NCBI RefSeq assembly: GCF_009914755.1
Contig: NC_060944.1
Origin: the human T2T-CHM13v2.0 reference genome, Homo sapiens
DNA length: 64,000 nt
Reading direction: 5' to 3' (one strand)
How positions within the stretch are numbered: position 1 is the stretch's first letter; each line of letters starts with the position of its first letter. The notes beneath the pieces were generated by a model that did no database searches, was not told the DNA's origin, and worked only from the letters and a program-made list of their open reading frames with translations. Below, one piece after another: positions 27,171 through 43,199 of this stretch. The translations under genes and the position numbers were made by a program.

Positions 27171-27873
27171 CCCGTAGAGAGGGATTTCAGCAGAAGCTTC
27201 TCTGGCAAAGGAACAACAGTAATCATGATTTACTTAATTGAGTGTTTAGTATGTGCCAGGGTACTTCAGCTGCTGCAAGTGATTGATCTCAGTTATTCCT
27301 GGCACACACACTTGACAGGGCCAGGATCTTATGTCGCCCATTTTAGGGGTGAGCTCCAGTCATTTTCTCAGACCGTGGGCATCTGAGTTAGGGAGCTGTA
27401 GAAGGTGGCCTCATCTCCCTTGGAGCCCCAGGTTCTTCCTAGGTGAGTTGTGAAGCTTGAAACGATCATTTTACCCCTGAGGCGCAGTGTCCTTACCTGC
27501 CCACGGGTTCCTGATTCCCACCTGCCAAGTGGGTTGTGAGGGCAGAGAACATGTGCCAAAGAGCTTTGTAGAGGTTGTGAAATCCCCACACATGTACCTG
27601 TTGTGTGGCTGCTGTGTGCCTGGTTGGGGAGAGGCTCCTGGAGACTAGGGCCTGGATATGAGCCTTTGCACATATTGTTATTAATAATAATGATAATTAC
27701 CAACGTTTATTGAGTACTTACCTTGGGTCAAGCACAGACCTCAATCTCACTCAAACTGCAAATTTATCTGTGGGGTAAGTGCTACTATTATTCCTATCTC
27801 ACAGATAAGAACTGCTTTGAGAGGTGTGGTGACTTGCCGGAGGTCCCATGGCTGACTTCTGAGTCCTCTAGGC

Positions 27874-29468
<1,595 letters not shown>

Positions 29469-30006
29469 CCCTAGGCTGTGCCACTTTAGTTTTTCCCTCG
29501 AAAGAAGAAGTTAGAGCAGGAAGCTGCTTAGTGAGCATCTTGCCCAATTCCCTCATTTGACCAACAGGGAAACTGAGGCAGATTTGCCGAGAAGCAGGTC
29601 TTCTGTTTCCTGGCCTAAGAGTTTGTCTGCAGCCTTTGCTACCCCTCAGGACTCAGGAGTTTTCCCTGGAGCTGCAGAGACGGTTTCCAAAATTGAGAGA
29701 AAAGACAGACCTATTTCCCAAAGGCAGAAGAGAATGAAACCAGGATCTGGTTTCATCCCCAGATTACACAGTGAGAGGTAAATGAAGTTTTGGTGGAATC
29801 TGTGAGCCACAAGAGTGGGAAGGTGGGCCTTATGGGTGGGAAGGACGGGGCATCCCTGTCCTTCATGTACCATGGATGGTCTGTCCCCCAAATTCTCCCT
29901 CAGTCCCTGACCAGGTTTAGTCATTGGAATCCATGGGGTTTTACCTTCAGAGTAAGCTTGATTTTGCAGAAAATACAGAAAATTTTGGAATTAAGTAGAC
30001 CTGGAT

Positions 30007-30542
30007 GTGACGGGCATCTTCTAAGATGTCTCCCAGTGATGTCGGCCTCCTGGTGTTCATGCCCTTGTGCAATCCCCTCCCCTTGTGTGTGGACAGGCCT
30101 TACTGAGCTGCTTCTAATGAACAGAATATGGCAAAAGTGATGGGATGTCACTTCTCTGATTAGGTTACTTAAGGTTGTGACTTCCAGCTGGCTTTGATGA
30201 AACAAGTTGCCAGGCGGGAAAGGTAAGAAAATGAGGAGGACTTCCAGCCAACAACCAGCCAGGAGCTGCGGTATTCACTTCATTAGTCCTCAAGGAACTG
30301 ACATTCCGCCAACAACCCTGTGAATTTGAAAGTGGATCCTTCTCTAATTGAGGCTCAGATGAGACTCCCACCATGGCCGACCCCTCGAGTGCAGTCTCGT
30401 GAAGCAGAGAAACTGAAGCAGAAGACCCAGTTAAACTGTGCCCGTGTTCTTGACCCATAGAAACTGTGAGATAATACATGTGTGTTGCTTTAAGCTGCTG
30501 CATTTGTGAAACCTTGTTACACAGCAATAGATAATGAATACA
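30007..30542 (+). mobile_element. MaLR LTR (MLT1F-like)
   Basis: cctcctggtgttcatgcccttgtg...cttctaatgaacagaatatggcaaaagtgatggga...acacagcaatagataatgaataca. Confidence 0.8.
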
Positions 30543-33228
30543 CTGGGTTCGAATCCTGCCTTTGCCACTAAACTGGTGTGTGACCTTGGGCCAAGCACTT
30601 CTCTTGGATCTTTATCTTCCTCATCTGTAAAATGGGAACAACACCTACCTTTCAGGATTGAGATGAGGACCAGCACATGCTGTTCCCTCTCCATGAACAA
30701 CTCCTCCTGCCCTTTCTTTACCCTGCATATCAGTTAGAATTTAACTTAGCTGCGGGAACAGAAACGGAATTACAGTGACTTCACTAGAGAAGAGTTTACT
30801 TTTTTTTTTTTTGGCAGGCCAGGGTAGGTACAGCTGCTCATGAATAGCCCTGAAGACCCAGGCTCCTTGTCACTTCCTCCTCCACCATTCTTATGTGACT
30901 CATTCGTGCCCACAGCTCCTCTGGGATCCTTTACCGCTTTTGTGCACACAGGCTCCTGGTATGTTTTTCCTCCTGACAGCTGGTATCTGGGGCTTTCCTG
31001 AGGCTGCCAGAGCCTGCTATGGCTCCGCACAGGGAGAACCTGAAGTACCTGAGAATGTATGTGCTCCATCTATAGAAACATTTCTTGTTTCTAGAACTGC
31101 CCTGTGGGACTTCACTGGATTTCACATCCTCACTGGCTTCTTCTCTTCCTGGTGAACTTCTGTACTCCTATAGCCATTTTTCCTGGAAACATTTCCAAAG
31201 CATCACTGTCATATGATTCTTCATCTCAAGATTTATTCTGGGGGAACCCAACTAAGACAATCCTCAAGGACACCAGATGGCTGTTCTAGTGGCAGCAGCC
31301 ATGTTCCAGGAAGGACACAGGGTAAATGGATGACAGACAAAAGGCCAAGTCTATCTCCTTAGTTAGGAAAACTATAGCTTGCCATGTAGCCCCGCCTAGT
31401 AGATTTTTCTTACTTCTGATTGGCCAGTCTTGGGTCACGTGATCATTGTTTGGTGCAAGGGAGCCTGGAGAGGAAACATATTTTTAAAATTTTAATTTAC
31501 CTTTAAAATTGAAATATACTGTTCCTATGGTAAAGTGCACAACAGCTGAATGATTTTTTTGTAAATAAATGTATGTATCCATTGTAACTACCACCCAGGA
31601 CAAAATATGGAATGTCACTGGCACTCCAAGAGCCTGGGGGTGGGGTGGGGCAAATATTTCTAACCAGGGACACTGCTATTGGTAAGGAAGAAGGGGAGAA
31701 TGGATAATTACAAGTGTTCTACTTGGCTAGCTCCTGCTAAAACTCAAGGTCTTGACCTAGATATCATCTTCAGGAAGACTTGCCTGGTTTCTAGGCTGAG
31801 TTAGGTCTCTCCTGGCCTCCCATAGCCTCCCAGACCTCTCTAGTCTGGTATATGTCATGCAACTCTCTAGCTAGGGCTTTGTCTCATCCACTAGTGCATG
31901 AGTTCTGCGAAGCACAGCCTAAAGCCTATATTAAGTGCTCAGCAAACATTTATTGAATAAGTGAGGGAGGAAAGCAAGGTTAGAGTCTGCAAAAGGAACC
32001 AGCCTCCTAGGAGACTTTCCAGAAAGGCAGAGGAGACAGGCAGTACAGATAGAGCTGACTGGGTTGGAGCTGAACTCAGAGATGGCACTGCATAGACCAG
32101 CTCACAGAACTGCTGGAACAGGGAGTGAGTTAGCCAGGAAGCTGAGCAGGGAATCTAGAATGGACTGTGTAGATGCTGCTACCTATAGCCAGAGAAGCCA
32201 TGGTCTGTGACCTGTCACCTCTTGCCATTCCAAGGACCTAGCTCAGAACTCAGAGCTCCAGGATAGTCACAGGGCTCTTGACAGCCAAGTCTTAACTGGC
32301 TTAACTGGGAGCTTCCTGCTGTGACCCCCTAATTTTCCTCCTGATGCCTTTGAGGAAAGAAACCTAGGGCAATAAGCTGTGTATCAACAGGCTTGGGTTC
32401 CAGTTGTCTAGAATTAAGTCTGGTCACTTAACCTTCTTAGGTCTTTGTGATCTTCATTTTTCAGATATGGACACTGAATCTTCAAATGGGAGGAATCTTA
32501 AGTGGGAGAAATCTTCAAAGACCGATTGTAATTAATTAGAGTAGTCAATAGGGATGTAAAGTTTATGGTTAGACTGCTTGGGGTTGAATCCCAGCTCTAG
32601 TACTTACAAGTTGGACAACTTTGGCCAAATTAACCTCTTTGTGCTTCAGTTTCCTCATGTGTGAAATGGGGAAAAGTAATGAAGCCTACCCGATAAGGAT
32701 ATGAGGATTTCATGAGATTATACAAGATTATACATGTAAAGTGATTAAAATGATACCTGGTCCATGGCACATGATCTGTAATTGTTAGCTGTTGCTGCCT
32801 TTATTACTTTCAAGGGAGGAATATGGTATGGTTTAATCCTGGCTACATCATTTCTCAGCTGGGGGTCTTGGGCAAGTCACTTATCTCATAACCACTATTT
32901 CTTCACTGTCAAATGGGAATAGCCTTTCTCAGGGTTATGGGTTGGATGAATGAAATGATGTTTAAAAGTGGGAGATCTGCAGTAGACGTTCATTACAGAC
33001 TAATAACCAGAATCTGAATTAGTCAAGCTCTTACTGTGATAAATCTGTGACAAACAACCCTTGAATCTCTGTGACTTCTTACCACAAATATTTTTTTCTC
33101 TTTGGCAAGTTTGAGGCTTGGCTGGTCTGGCTCAGCTTCAGGCTTGCCCCAGGTGTCTCTCCAGCAAGACAAGTGGCTCCGGGCAAGCTCTTCTCATGGC
33201 AGAGGGCAGAAGCTCTAAGAAGGGTGGA

Positions 33229-33529
<301 letters not shown>

Positions 33530-34486
33530 GAATGGTGGTGTTTTGTCTTTAAACAGGCTACACTGTCACTGCCACCCACATCCCATTAGCTAAAACAGGT
33601 CTCCTCGCCCAGCCCAAGTCACTGGGGCAGGCTGTACACTCTCCCTGAGGGAAGCCACTGTAAGCATGGGGTGGGGAGGGGAAAGGGACAATTGTAGGCA
33701 AATAATCCAATCTACAATATTACCTGTGTTAACTATCTGAAGCTATATGTATATGGGGAAACTGAGGCCCAGAAAGAGGAACAGAAATATCCAAGGTTGC
33801 TCAGAGTCAGTGACTCCCAGATAGTTCTCCTTCCCCTCTCCAAGACCTCAGTCTATATCCATGTAGTTAGCATTTGGTACTTTTGAGTCAACCGTTCAAG
33901 CATTTGAATCCCATGGTAAGAACAAGGAGGGTGAGGAAGTAGAATCCCTTCCATCTTCCGATGGGGCAAACAGAAGCCCAGAGTGCAGAAGGATGACCTG
34001 TCATCATACTGCAAGGTCAAGAGAACAGGGAAAGAAGACCAAGGATTCCCAAGTGTACCTCCACAGTGGACCGCCCAGTCCCTCAGTCTTGTGCTGGACA
34101 CAAGAGGCCCAGCAGATAGAGCAGGGAATTTGCCACCTCCTTCCTGGGAGGAAAGTGGGAGAGTCAGGAATCCAGCTGTCTGGGTCCAGGGATATCCCTT
34201 GGGATGACTGTCATTCCCTCATTGACCCCTTCTCCCCGCAAGAAACACTTGTTAAACCCTGACTGCATACTGGACCCAGGAGAAACTGAGGTGAGTGAGG
34301 TGGAGAGAGAGCCATCACAATAATGACATCCCGACGACTTGAGCAACATTTCCCCAAATTTTGGGCAATTTGAAGTGATCTTAGTATGTACCTGGATGCA
34401 GTGTCACATAACATGGACTCCTGGAGGGAGAAAGTCATTCCCTTCTCAATTCTTCTGATTACCTCAGGGAGAAAGTCTCAGCTTAG

Positions 34487-35228
<742 letters not shown>

Positions 35229-35383
35229 CTAGCTAGAGTTTAATAACACTATTTAATATCATTTAATCTGACATGATTTACTTTAATGGAACTGAGCTGT
35301 TTCCATTGCATTTGTTTTCATAATTCCATTTGTGGTAATTGATCTCATTTATAGTAGTGATATCAATTTTCTTTTGAAATGAA

Positions 35384-35389
35384 TTTATT
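35384..35389 (-). terminator. WFDC5: WFDC5 polyadenylation signal
   Basis: AATAAA on minus ~530 nt after the short-isoform stop. Confidence 0.65.
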
Positions 35390-35635
35390 TATATACAAAA
35401 GTGAGCCATTTAAAGAAAACATTAAGTAAATGGTGGTACAGGCAGCGTGCAACCTATCATGGTGCTATTTTGTAGGTATGGTGAAAATCATGAAAGAGGT
35501 GAATGACTGATGTTTGGAAAACTCTGCAAGAATATTCATTCTGGATGGTTGGGCTGCCTGAGGGAGAGGTCAGGGTCTGCCTGAATTGGGCATTTTTGGT
35601 GGAGGAAGCAGCATGTACGGATTGGTGTGAAAGCG

Positions 35636-35917
35636 TTAGGAAGGGTGGGAAGCTCGTATGGCAGTGGTGCAGAGTACTGGGGTGATACAGAGGCCTTCCT
35701 CCGAGCTCAGGCTATGGACTTTGACTCCCAGGAGGAGAAACCAGGGGTGGATGGGTTGCAGGGAAGTGTCAGCAGGCCAGTGATTATCAGAAGGCTGGAA
35801 CCACCGCTGGTAGAGATAGTGCTGTCCAGCGGGCAGGGCCCCAGGCCTCCCATCGTGAACTCTTTCCGTTGGTCCCCAGCTTAGGTGCAGAGCCACAGAT
35901 CCTAAATCAGAATTAGC
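35636..35917 (-). CDS. WFDC5: WFDC5 exon 4: GC-TAA (35913-35917) in the 123-aa isoform; 93 codons + stop (ANSDLGS...RASHPS) in the 224-aa isoform
   Basis: Acceptor ctccctcctcag|GCTAA; 85+141+141+5=372 nt or 85+141+167+282=675 nt. Confidence 0.8.
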   Translation of the reverse strand, partial: ANSDLGSVALHLSWGPTERVHDGRPGALPAGQHYLYQRWFQPSDNHWPADTSLQPIHPWFLLLGVKVHSLSSEEGLCITPVLCTTAIRASHPS

Positions 35918-36303
35918 CTGAGGAGGGAGAAAGAAAGGGTTAATTCCTTCCCATAATAGGGCTCTGGTTTCTGGCCTTGGTCTCCCATCCATGCCCCACC
36001 AGCTCAGCTCTGGTTGCCACCAAGGCAGGATTCCTCTGCCCCCTTCAAAAGGGCAAACAGAAGCCCAGAGCAGTTTAGGGCTGTCATCCAGGTGCCACAG
36101 CAAGCTCAAGAAGAGAACCAAGGACTCCCGGGTCCTCTGTCATCCTAGCAGGACTCCTCCAACCCCTATCCAGTTTCCTAATCCTGGCCATGGGAGGTCC
36201 TGACTTCTGGGGAGGCATCCTGTTAAGCTTGTAGCAATGAAGAAAGTATTAGAGCTGGGCTCGGAGAGGGGAGGCACCTGCCCTGGGCACCCAGGAGCCG
36301 TAC

Positions 36304-36444
36304 CTCTGGCAGGATCCCGGCAATCCCGCCCGCAGGCGCTGTGGCAGCATCGCTTTTTGCCCGAGCAGTCTGAGTCCTTGTGACACAGGTGGTTCATGGG
36401 GCTGAGGCAGCGCAGTTGGTCCTCTGGGCAGCTGCCCAGCTTCA
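36304..36444 (-). CDS. WFDC5: WFDC5 exon 3, second WAP domain
   Basis: ttgcag|TG; KLGSCP...[20 protein letters not shown], 8 Cys; donor G|gtacg, alternative donor CAG|gtgcc (edge 36278). Confidence 0.93.
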
Positions 36445-36538
36445 CTGCAACACAGGGAACTGGGTGAGCTCCGTCCTTGCCCACTGGCCCTGAAGCTTGG
36501 GGCTTGGATGGTCAGCAAGGTGGAGGGGAGGCATTTAC

Positions 36539-36679
36539 CAGAGACCCTGGGGACACACTGGCGGAAGCAAGCTCTGTAGCAGCACTTCCTGGTCAAGGGA
36601 CACTGGCTGTCTTCCACGCACTGGTCAGGCACCGATAGGAGGCAGGGCCCATCATCTGGCGGGCAGCCCCCCGATTTCT
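36539..36679 (-). CDS. WFDC5: WFDC5 exon 2, first WAP domain
   Basis: cttacag|AG; [41 protein letters not shown]; donor G|gtaaa. Confidence 0.94.
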
Positions 36680-38005
36680 CTGTAAGAGAATCTCCTAATA
36701 TTGCAGCTGGAGGAAGCTCACGGTTATGTAATAAGCGCTGACCTGGGAATGACAAGACTGAATTCTCCATCCCTTGCTTTTTGCCTGTCTTTTGGCTAGT
36801 TGTTATTTTTGTTTGTTTGTTTGTTTATAATGACTCCAAGCCTCAGTTTTCTGGCTGTGAAATGGGAAGCTGGGCTAGTTTGAGACTCAGATGGCACAAA
36901 TGACAGGGGAAAATGAAGCCCAACATCTCCACTGTGGCCAATAAGGCCATGCCTGGTCTGGGCCCTGCCCATCTCTCTAGCCCCATCCTCTACTGCCCTC
37001 CCACTCAGTGCCTCCTGATCTGCTCCAAGCCAGCTCTCTCTGCAGGGCTCTTGCTCGGGCCGCATCCTTTGCCTAGTGCACTTCTCCTGTACTCCATGCG
37101 CCTGGTCAGCTCATTAGGACTCAGCAGAAACATCGCATCCTCAGAAGACCCTACTTCTCTGACCCCACATTAACTAGGTCAGCGCCCCCCCACCCCGGCC
37201 CCCACACACACACTCATTTCTTTCCTCCAGAGTTTGTGATGCTGCATCTGTTTGTCTGTGTCTCTCACTTGGCTGGAGGTGAGGAGAGTAGACACCCTGC
37301 CAGCTTTGCTCACCGTTGGTCCATATCACAGCCCTTGGCGCACAGCAGTAGGGCTCAGTGACTTGGAAAGAAAGGGTTTTGAAGTGAGGCCCAGCATTGC
37401 ACGTGCGTCAGCAGTGGCCAGCCTGGTGCACTGTCACAGCCACAGCTGGCCACGTCTTCTGCACCGTTGCGTTCATCACTGTTGCAAATGGCATGGTTTC
37501 GAGGATCAGGCGTTAACTCTGTCTCTGAGGCGTTCCTCTGAATGGTATAGAGTGTCCTGTCCCAGAGCTTACCTAACATTCTTCTTGCTGGGATTTTGGG
37601 CCATGTTCATATTTCATGCACAAAGCTGGAAATCAGTATCCTCCTCCATGTAGAGGAGGAAATCAAGGCCTGAAAAGGGCAGTGACTTGTCCAGACCCAC
37701 ATGGGCTGGGCTTAGGACTCCCAGGGCCCGGCTCCCTCTGACCTCTGTGAGTGTCCACCCTGAGCTGTCTTTGAGCTGTAGGGATGGAGCAGGTCCCAGG
37801 TCTTCAATTCAATCCAGCATCAGAGAAAATGTTCAAGAGTTCCGAGGGGCAGCTGGATCTGGTTCTGTGACTTTACCTCTGTGTCCGCCCCTCCCCCTCA
37901 GCCCCCTGCCTGGGTGCTGGCTGCACACATAAGTAGGCACCTTGCTCACATCCTACGTGCGCTAAGTCAACTTCAGCTGTCACATCGGGTTGGTTTAAAT
38001 TAAAT

Positions 38006-38023
38006 TGCTGCCCCCTGCTGGAG
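38006..38023 (-). promoter_or_regulatory. candidate CTCF site in WFDC5 intron 1
   Basis: CTCCAGCAGGGGGCAGCA matches the CTCF core consensus. Confidence 0.6.
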
Positions 38024-39583
38024 AAAGAGAGGCTTGGCGTGGGGAGGGGGAAAAAGTGTGGGTTTGGGGTGGTGGGGGTGATGGGAGGGTTCCTGGGAAA
38101 CTGTCTGAGGTCCAAGGTTTAGCCCTGAATTCACAAGTCCAAGTCAAAGGTGCGCAGGCCTCAAAGGGTGGGCCAAACGGAGCTGCGTGCACTCAAAGCC
38201 GGTGGAGCCGGGTGGGTCAGGCAGGGAGAGCTTCTGTGGCGAGGGGCCTGGGGCTGGCCTTGGGGAATGGACAGATAGGGATGGGGCATGACAGCTGGCA
38301 TTTCCAGTGGAAGAACTGCGATAGCTGCAATGTGGAGGTGGGGATAAAAGCCTGGCGTGTGCAGAGCCGGCGTGAGAGGCTCTGGGTGGTCACACTCACT
38401 CTGTTTGCCTGCCTTTCCTAACAGTCCCTCCAAACCAGGTTCTCCACTCACAGATGTGTACATCGAGACAGTCACACACACAGATGGTCATCCAGATGCA
38501 TGCGCCATGGGTGTGTAGACTTAGAGAGCAAAAGAATCGTATCCAAACATGGTTAAATATATACACTTGTACACACAGACGATACACACATAGTCAAATA
38601 CACAAGCACATTTAGATCTAGACACACAATTAGCTACAGGCTTAACAGTAGGAAACTGCAGATAGTCAACTGTTTTATCTACAAAAGTAGCAATTTTACA
38701 TGGTTCAACTTAATACACACATATATACATATGGACATATATCAGAGAGTTATATATATGCAATATATTTATAAACATATATAAACAGGCAGTCATGTAT
38801 GTACATATGAGCTGGAACATAATCACTGTCATTTACACATGCCTACCCACATAGATACATACACACAGATAGACACTCAGACACACACAGTTATGTATAT
38901 AAATATATAAATATATAGCATATGTATGTGAACAGAGAGACATACATAAGCATACACAGTCATATATACAGAATCATATGCACAGAGCTACACAGACACA
39001 TATATCTTCCCAATACCACATAACCACTGACAGCATTTAATTAGGCACTTGCTGTTTATCAGGGACTATGCCAGGCTCTTTGTATCAGAGACACCCAGAC
39101 GTTTGAGTGAGAAGGGGGCAGAATGGGGAGCTCTTATAAACAGAGGCGGCTGGGCTTCCACAGGCAACAAACTGAGACTTCCCTTCCCTTGGCTTCGTCA
39201 CCTTCCTCCATTGTCTGAAATTCTACCAACAGCTCGGCAATGTCTTACAGGAGAGAAACCAGTGGGGGACAAGGTGTGGTGAACTGGGGGAGAGACAAGC
39301 TTGTCACACCTGCCCATGCAGAGTGGCCCTGCGCAGGCTCGGTTTCTGCTGTGCCAGCTCTTTGCCTCTGAGCAGCTGGGCTGAATATTGGGGTGTGCTC
39401 CCTGGGAACACAATGACTCCCCCAAATCACCCACTTATGCTGTGCTTACTGTGTGCCAGGCCCTTATTCCTCGAGACACCATTTACTCCTGAGAGAGAGG
39501 CATGGGACCCCATTTTACAAGGAGTAAGTCTCCAGACCTGTCCTGTTGCCTTCCAGGAGTGTCCTGCCTGGAAGTCCTAATAA

Positions 39584-39875
39584 ACTCATGCACTTGCCAA
39601 TCTGGCCTTGTCTAAGTCATTCTTTGTTCTCTCAGCTCCTTCCTATGTTGGGGGTGCATTGTCCTGTACAGTCCTGGGTTTTTGCTGTAATAGTTGGTAA
39701 AGTGAATCTTTCTGATTTCAAATACTTGCACTCATGCACTTGCTAATCTGGCCTTGTCTAAGTCATTCTCTGGTCTCTCAGCTCCTTCCTATGTTGGGGG
39801 TGCATTGTCCTGTACAGTCCTGGGTTTTTGCTGTAATAGTTGGTAAGGTGAATCTTTCTGATTTCAAATACTTGC
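39584..39875. repeat. tandem duplication, 2 x 146 bp
   Basis: 39584-39729 vs 39730-39875, about 4 mismatches. Confidence 0.95.
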
Positions 39876-40902
39876 ATTCAAATGCCACATTTGGCACTAA
39901 CTCAGAGTCAGTCTTTGACCTTGTTAAGTGGTTCCCCGCTATGCCTCAATTTTCCTCATCTGCAAAATGGGGATGAAAATAGTCCTGTCCTCACAGCACC
40001 TTGTCGAGGAGTTACGTGATGATGGTGCATGAATCACAGCCAACACAGGGTCCAGCCTTGGAGCTCACCAGTGTACTTCCTTCCTCAGCCTGTCCCCATT
40101 ACTGTCCCCTTTCTTTAAGGCAGGGCAAGGGTTGCACAGGTGAATGTAGGTTGGAGTGTTCCAGCCCCAGAAAAGGACGCAGGTGGAGGCCTCACCCAGA
40201 TCAGGAGTCACCTGTCTAGCCACTCAGCAGCCCTCCCTCACCTGTCAGCAGGCCAGCCCCAGCCTTGTCAGGGGTGGGAATGGGGACAGGAGGTTGGGGG
40301 CGATGAGAGTTAGAGACAGAGCTTCCTCCCCACAAAGCCCAGATCCCAGAAGCCACACCCTCTCCTCAATTCCCAAGTCCCTTCCACAGATGGGGTGGTG
40401 GACCCACTGACCCAGTCACACCACAGCCCAGCAGGCACAGACAGGGTCCCTCCCCACACCTGAAGGCACAGAGACACACATGGACAGGCACCAAGCTCAG
40501 ACACATGCGTGCAGCCATTCCTAAGTGTACGTGTGCAGACAGAGCTTTGCACAGACAAGCAGACGCAAAGACACATGTCTACACAGACACAGGCACATGC
40601 ATTCCCCGCCCTGCCACCCCCTGACATATAGACAGGCACAGACAAGCACCGAGAAACTGGCAGAAAAGACACTTACAGATACCAACACAGGCAGGTGGAC
40701 AGGCACAAATGTACACACATAAAAACACAGGCTTCTGAAAGCACTAAGAATCAGGCATCCACACATACACACACGCACGCACGCACACACACACGCGCAC
40801 ACACACCCCACAGGGCATTACCTGCCTTCCCCCAAACCCTTACTCTCCCTAGAGAAGTAGAGACAATCTGGTCCCCCCAGCAGAGGGATTTCCCGCACTC
40901 AC

Positions 40903-40987
40903 CTCCCTTCTTCCTGCCAAAGACAGCAGGCAGCTGACTCCCCACAGCCAGGAGGGCCCCCAGGAGGAGAAGGCTCTGGGTCCTCAT
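40903..40987 (-). CDS. WFDC5: WFDC5 exon 1, signal peptide
   Basis: [28 protein letters not shown], donor G|gtgagt. Confidence 0.93.
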
Positions 40988-42255
40988 ATTTCTGCTGCCG
41001 GCTCAGGGCCCAGGGCCCCCCAGATTAACACCTGCAGCCTCAGGGAAGCCAGAGAAACTTAGTCAGGAGAGGAAAGAGAGGGGGTGTGGAGTGACACCGT
41101 GCCTGCTTCATCTTGGCCCCACCCCCTGAGGGCCCGAGGACTCAGTGCAAGGGATGCTGTCACAATAGCTGAAGATAGGGTGGCGGCACATCCTGCATGT
41201 GGGGGACTCAGATCCAGTCTTGCCTGTATCGGTGACTTGGGCTGTGATCTTGGGCAAGTCTTGTCTCTCTGGGCTTCAGTTTTTTCATCTGTACACAGGG
41301 TGAAGGTTGTTGAGGCAGATGCTTGCTATCCTGGCTCTCAAAGATGTTGAAGCCCCAGCGATGTCTAGGCAGCGGGTAGAGGTCAGCTTTGAATAGCAAA
41401 GGAGTGGGGGTTTGCAGAGTTCTGGATGCCTAGGAAGGGAGAAGGCATTAGGGTTAGGCCAGAGCTTGCAGCCAAAGAAGGCTGGCCCAGGCTGGCATAA
41501 TGAGTGAGGCCAGCCCTGGCCTCTCCTCTTGGGTCCTGTGGATGGGAGAAAGACCACCCCGCCTTTGGTGAGATCACCAGTGGCTTCTGATAGAACTGCC
41601 CTCTTCCTGGGGCTGGCTTGGCTGTTGAGGGTGGGGGAGCATGGCTTTTGGCTTGGCTAAGTTTGCTGGTCACAGCAGATGTGTGGCCACTGGAACCTCT
41701 TCTCTGGCCCTAAGGGATCCTGAGCAAAAAAATGTCATCTCATCCAGGGACCCCCACCTTAGATTTCGTATCTCTGATGTTGCCTCCTGCATTTGGTAGA
41801 AGAGAGGGAGCTGAGACTTGGCATCCTAAGGGACATCCTAAACAGAAACTCCATCGAAGTACATTCTCTCAGCCTTCTCATTTGAAAGACGAGGAAACTG
41901 TGAGATAGAGATGAGAGGGGACTGGCCCAAGGACACGCAGCTAATTCCTGACTAAGCTGGGACTTCCCACTGTGGCCTCCCCATCACCCTCATTCAGTTC
42001 CTGGGTTTTAAAAGCAGGTCAATACCTCATCTGATCCTGAGAAAGGAGGGTGATATTACAGGGCTTGTCTCACTTACCCATTCCAATCCAGGACAGCCCT
42101 GGCAGCAGGAAGTTCTTCCTTGGGTTTAATGTGAATCTCTCGTGCTGTCTTCTAAGCTATTAAGATAGGAGAGGCTCTGTCTTCTATGATCTGATGTTGC
42201 TTTTGGAATGCTGGCACCTCCTTGGAAGCTTTATTTTGGAGGACAAATATATGAG

Positions 42256-42594
42256 CCCTTCCTTCCTCCCTCCCTCCACCCCTCCCTCCCTCCACCCCTC
42301 CCTCCCTCTTTCTTTCTTTTTTCTTTTCTTTCTTTCTTTTTCTTTTTCTTTCTTTCCTTTTTTCATTTCTTTCTTCTTTCTTTCCTTCTTTCCTCTCTTT
42401 CTTTCCTTTCTCTTTCTTTCTTTTCTTTCTTTCTTCTTTCTTTTTCTTTCTTCTTTCTTTCCTTTTTTATTTCTTTCTTCTTTCTTTCCTTCTTTCCTCT
42501 CTTTCTTTCCTTTCTCCTTCTTTCTTTCTTTCTTTCTTTCTTTCTCTCCTTCTCCTTCTTCTTTCCTCTCTCTCTTTCTCTTTCTCTCTCTGTC

Positions 42595-42597
<3 letters not shown>
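42256..42597. repeat. ~340-bp CT-rich polypyrimidine tract (expanded Alu tail)
   Basis: Nearly pure C/T; contiguous with an antisense AluJ. Confidence 0.95.

Positions 42598-43199
<602 letters not shown>

Noticed and set aside
39584-39875. Repeat considered as CRISPR-like or other array
   Set aside because: Only two adjacent units with no spacers, in eukaryotic DNA
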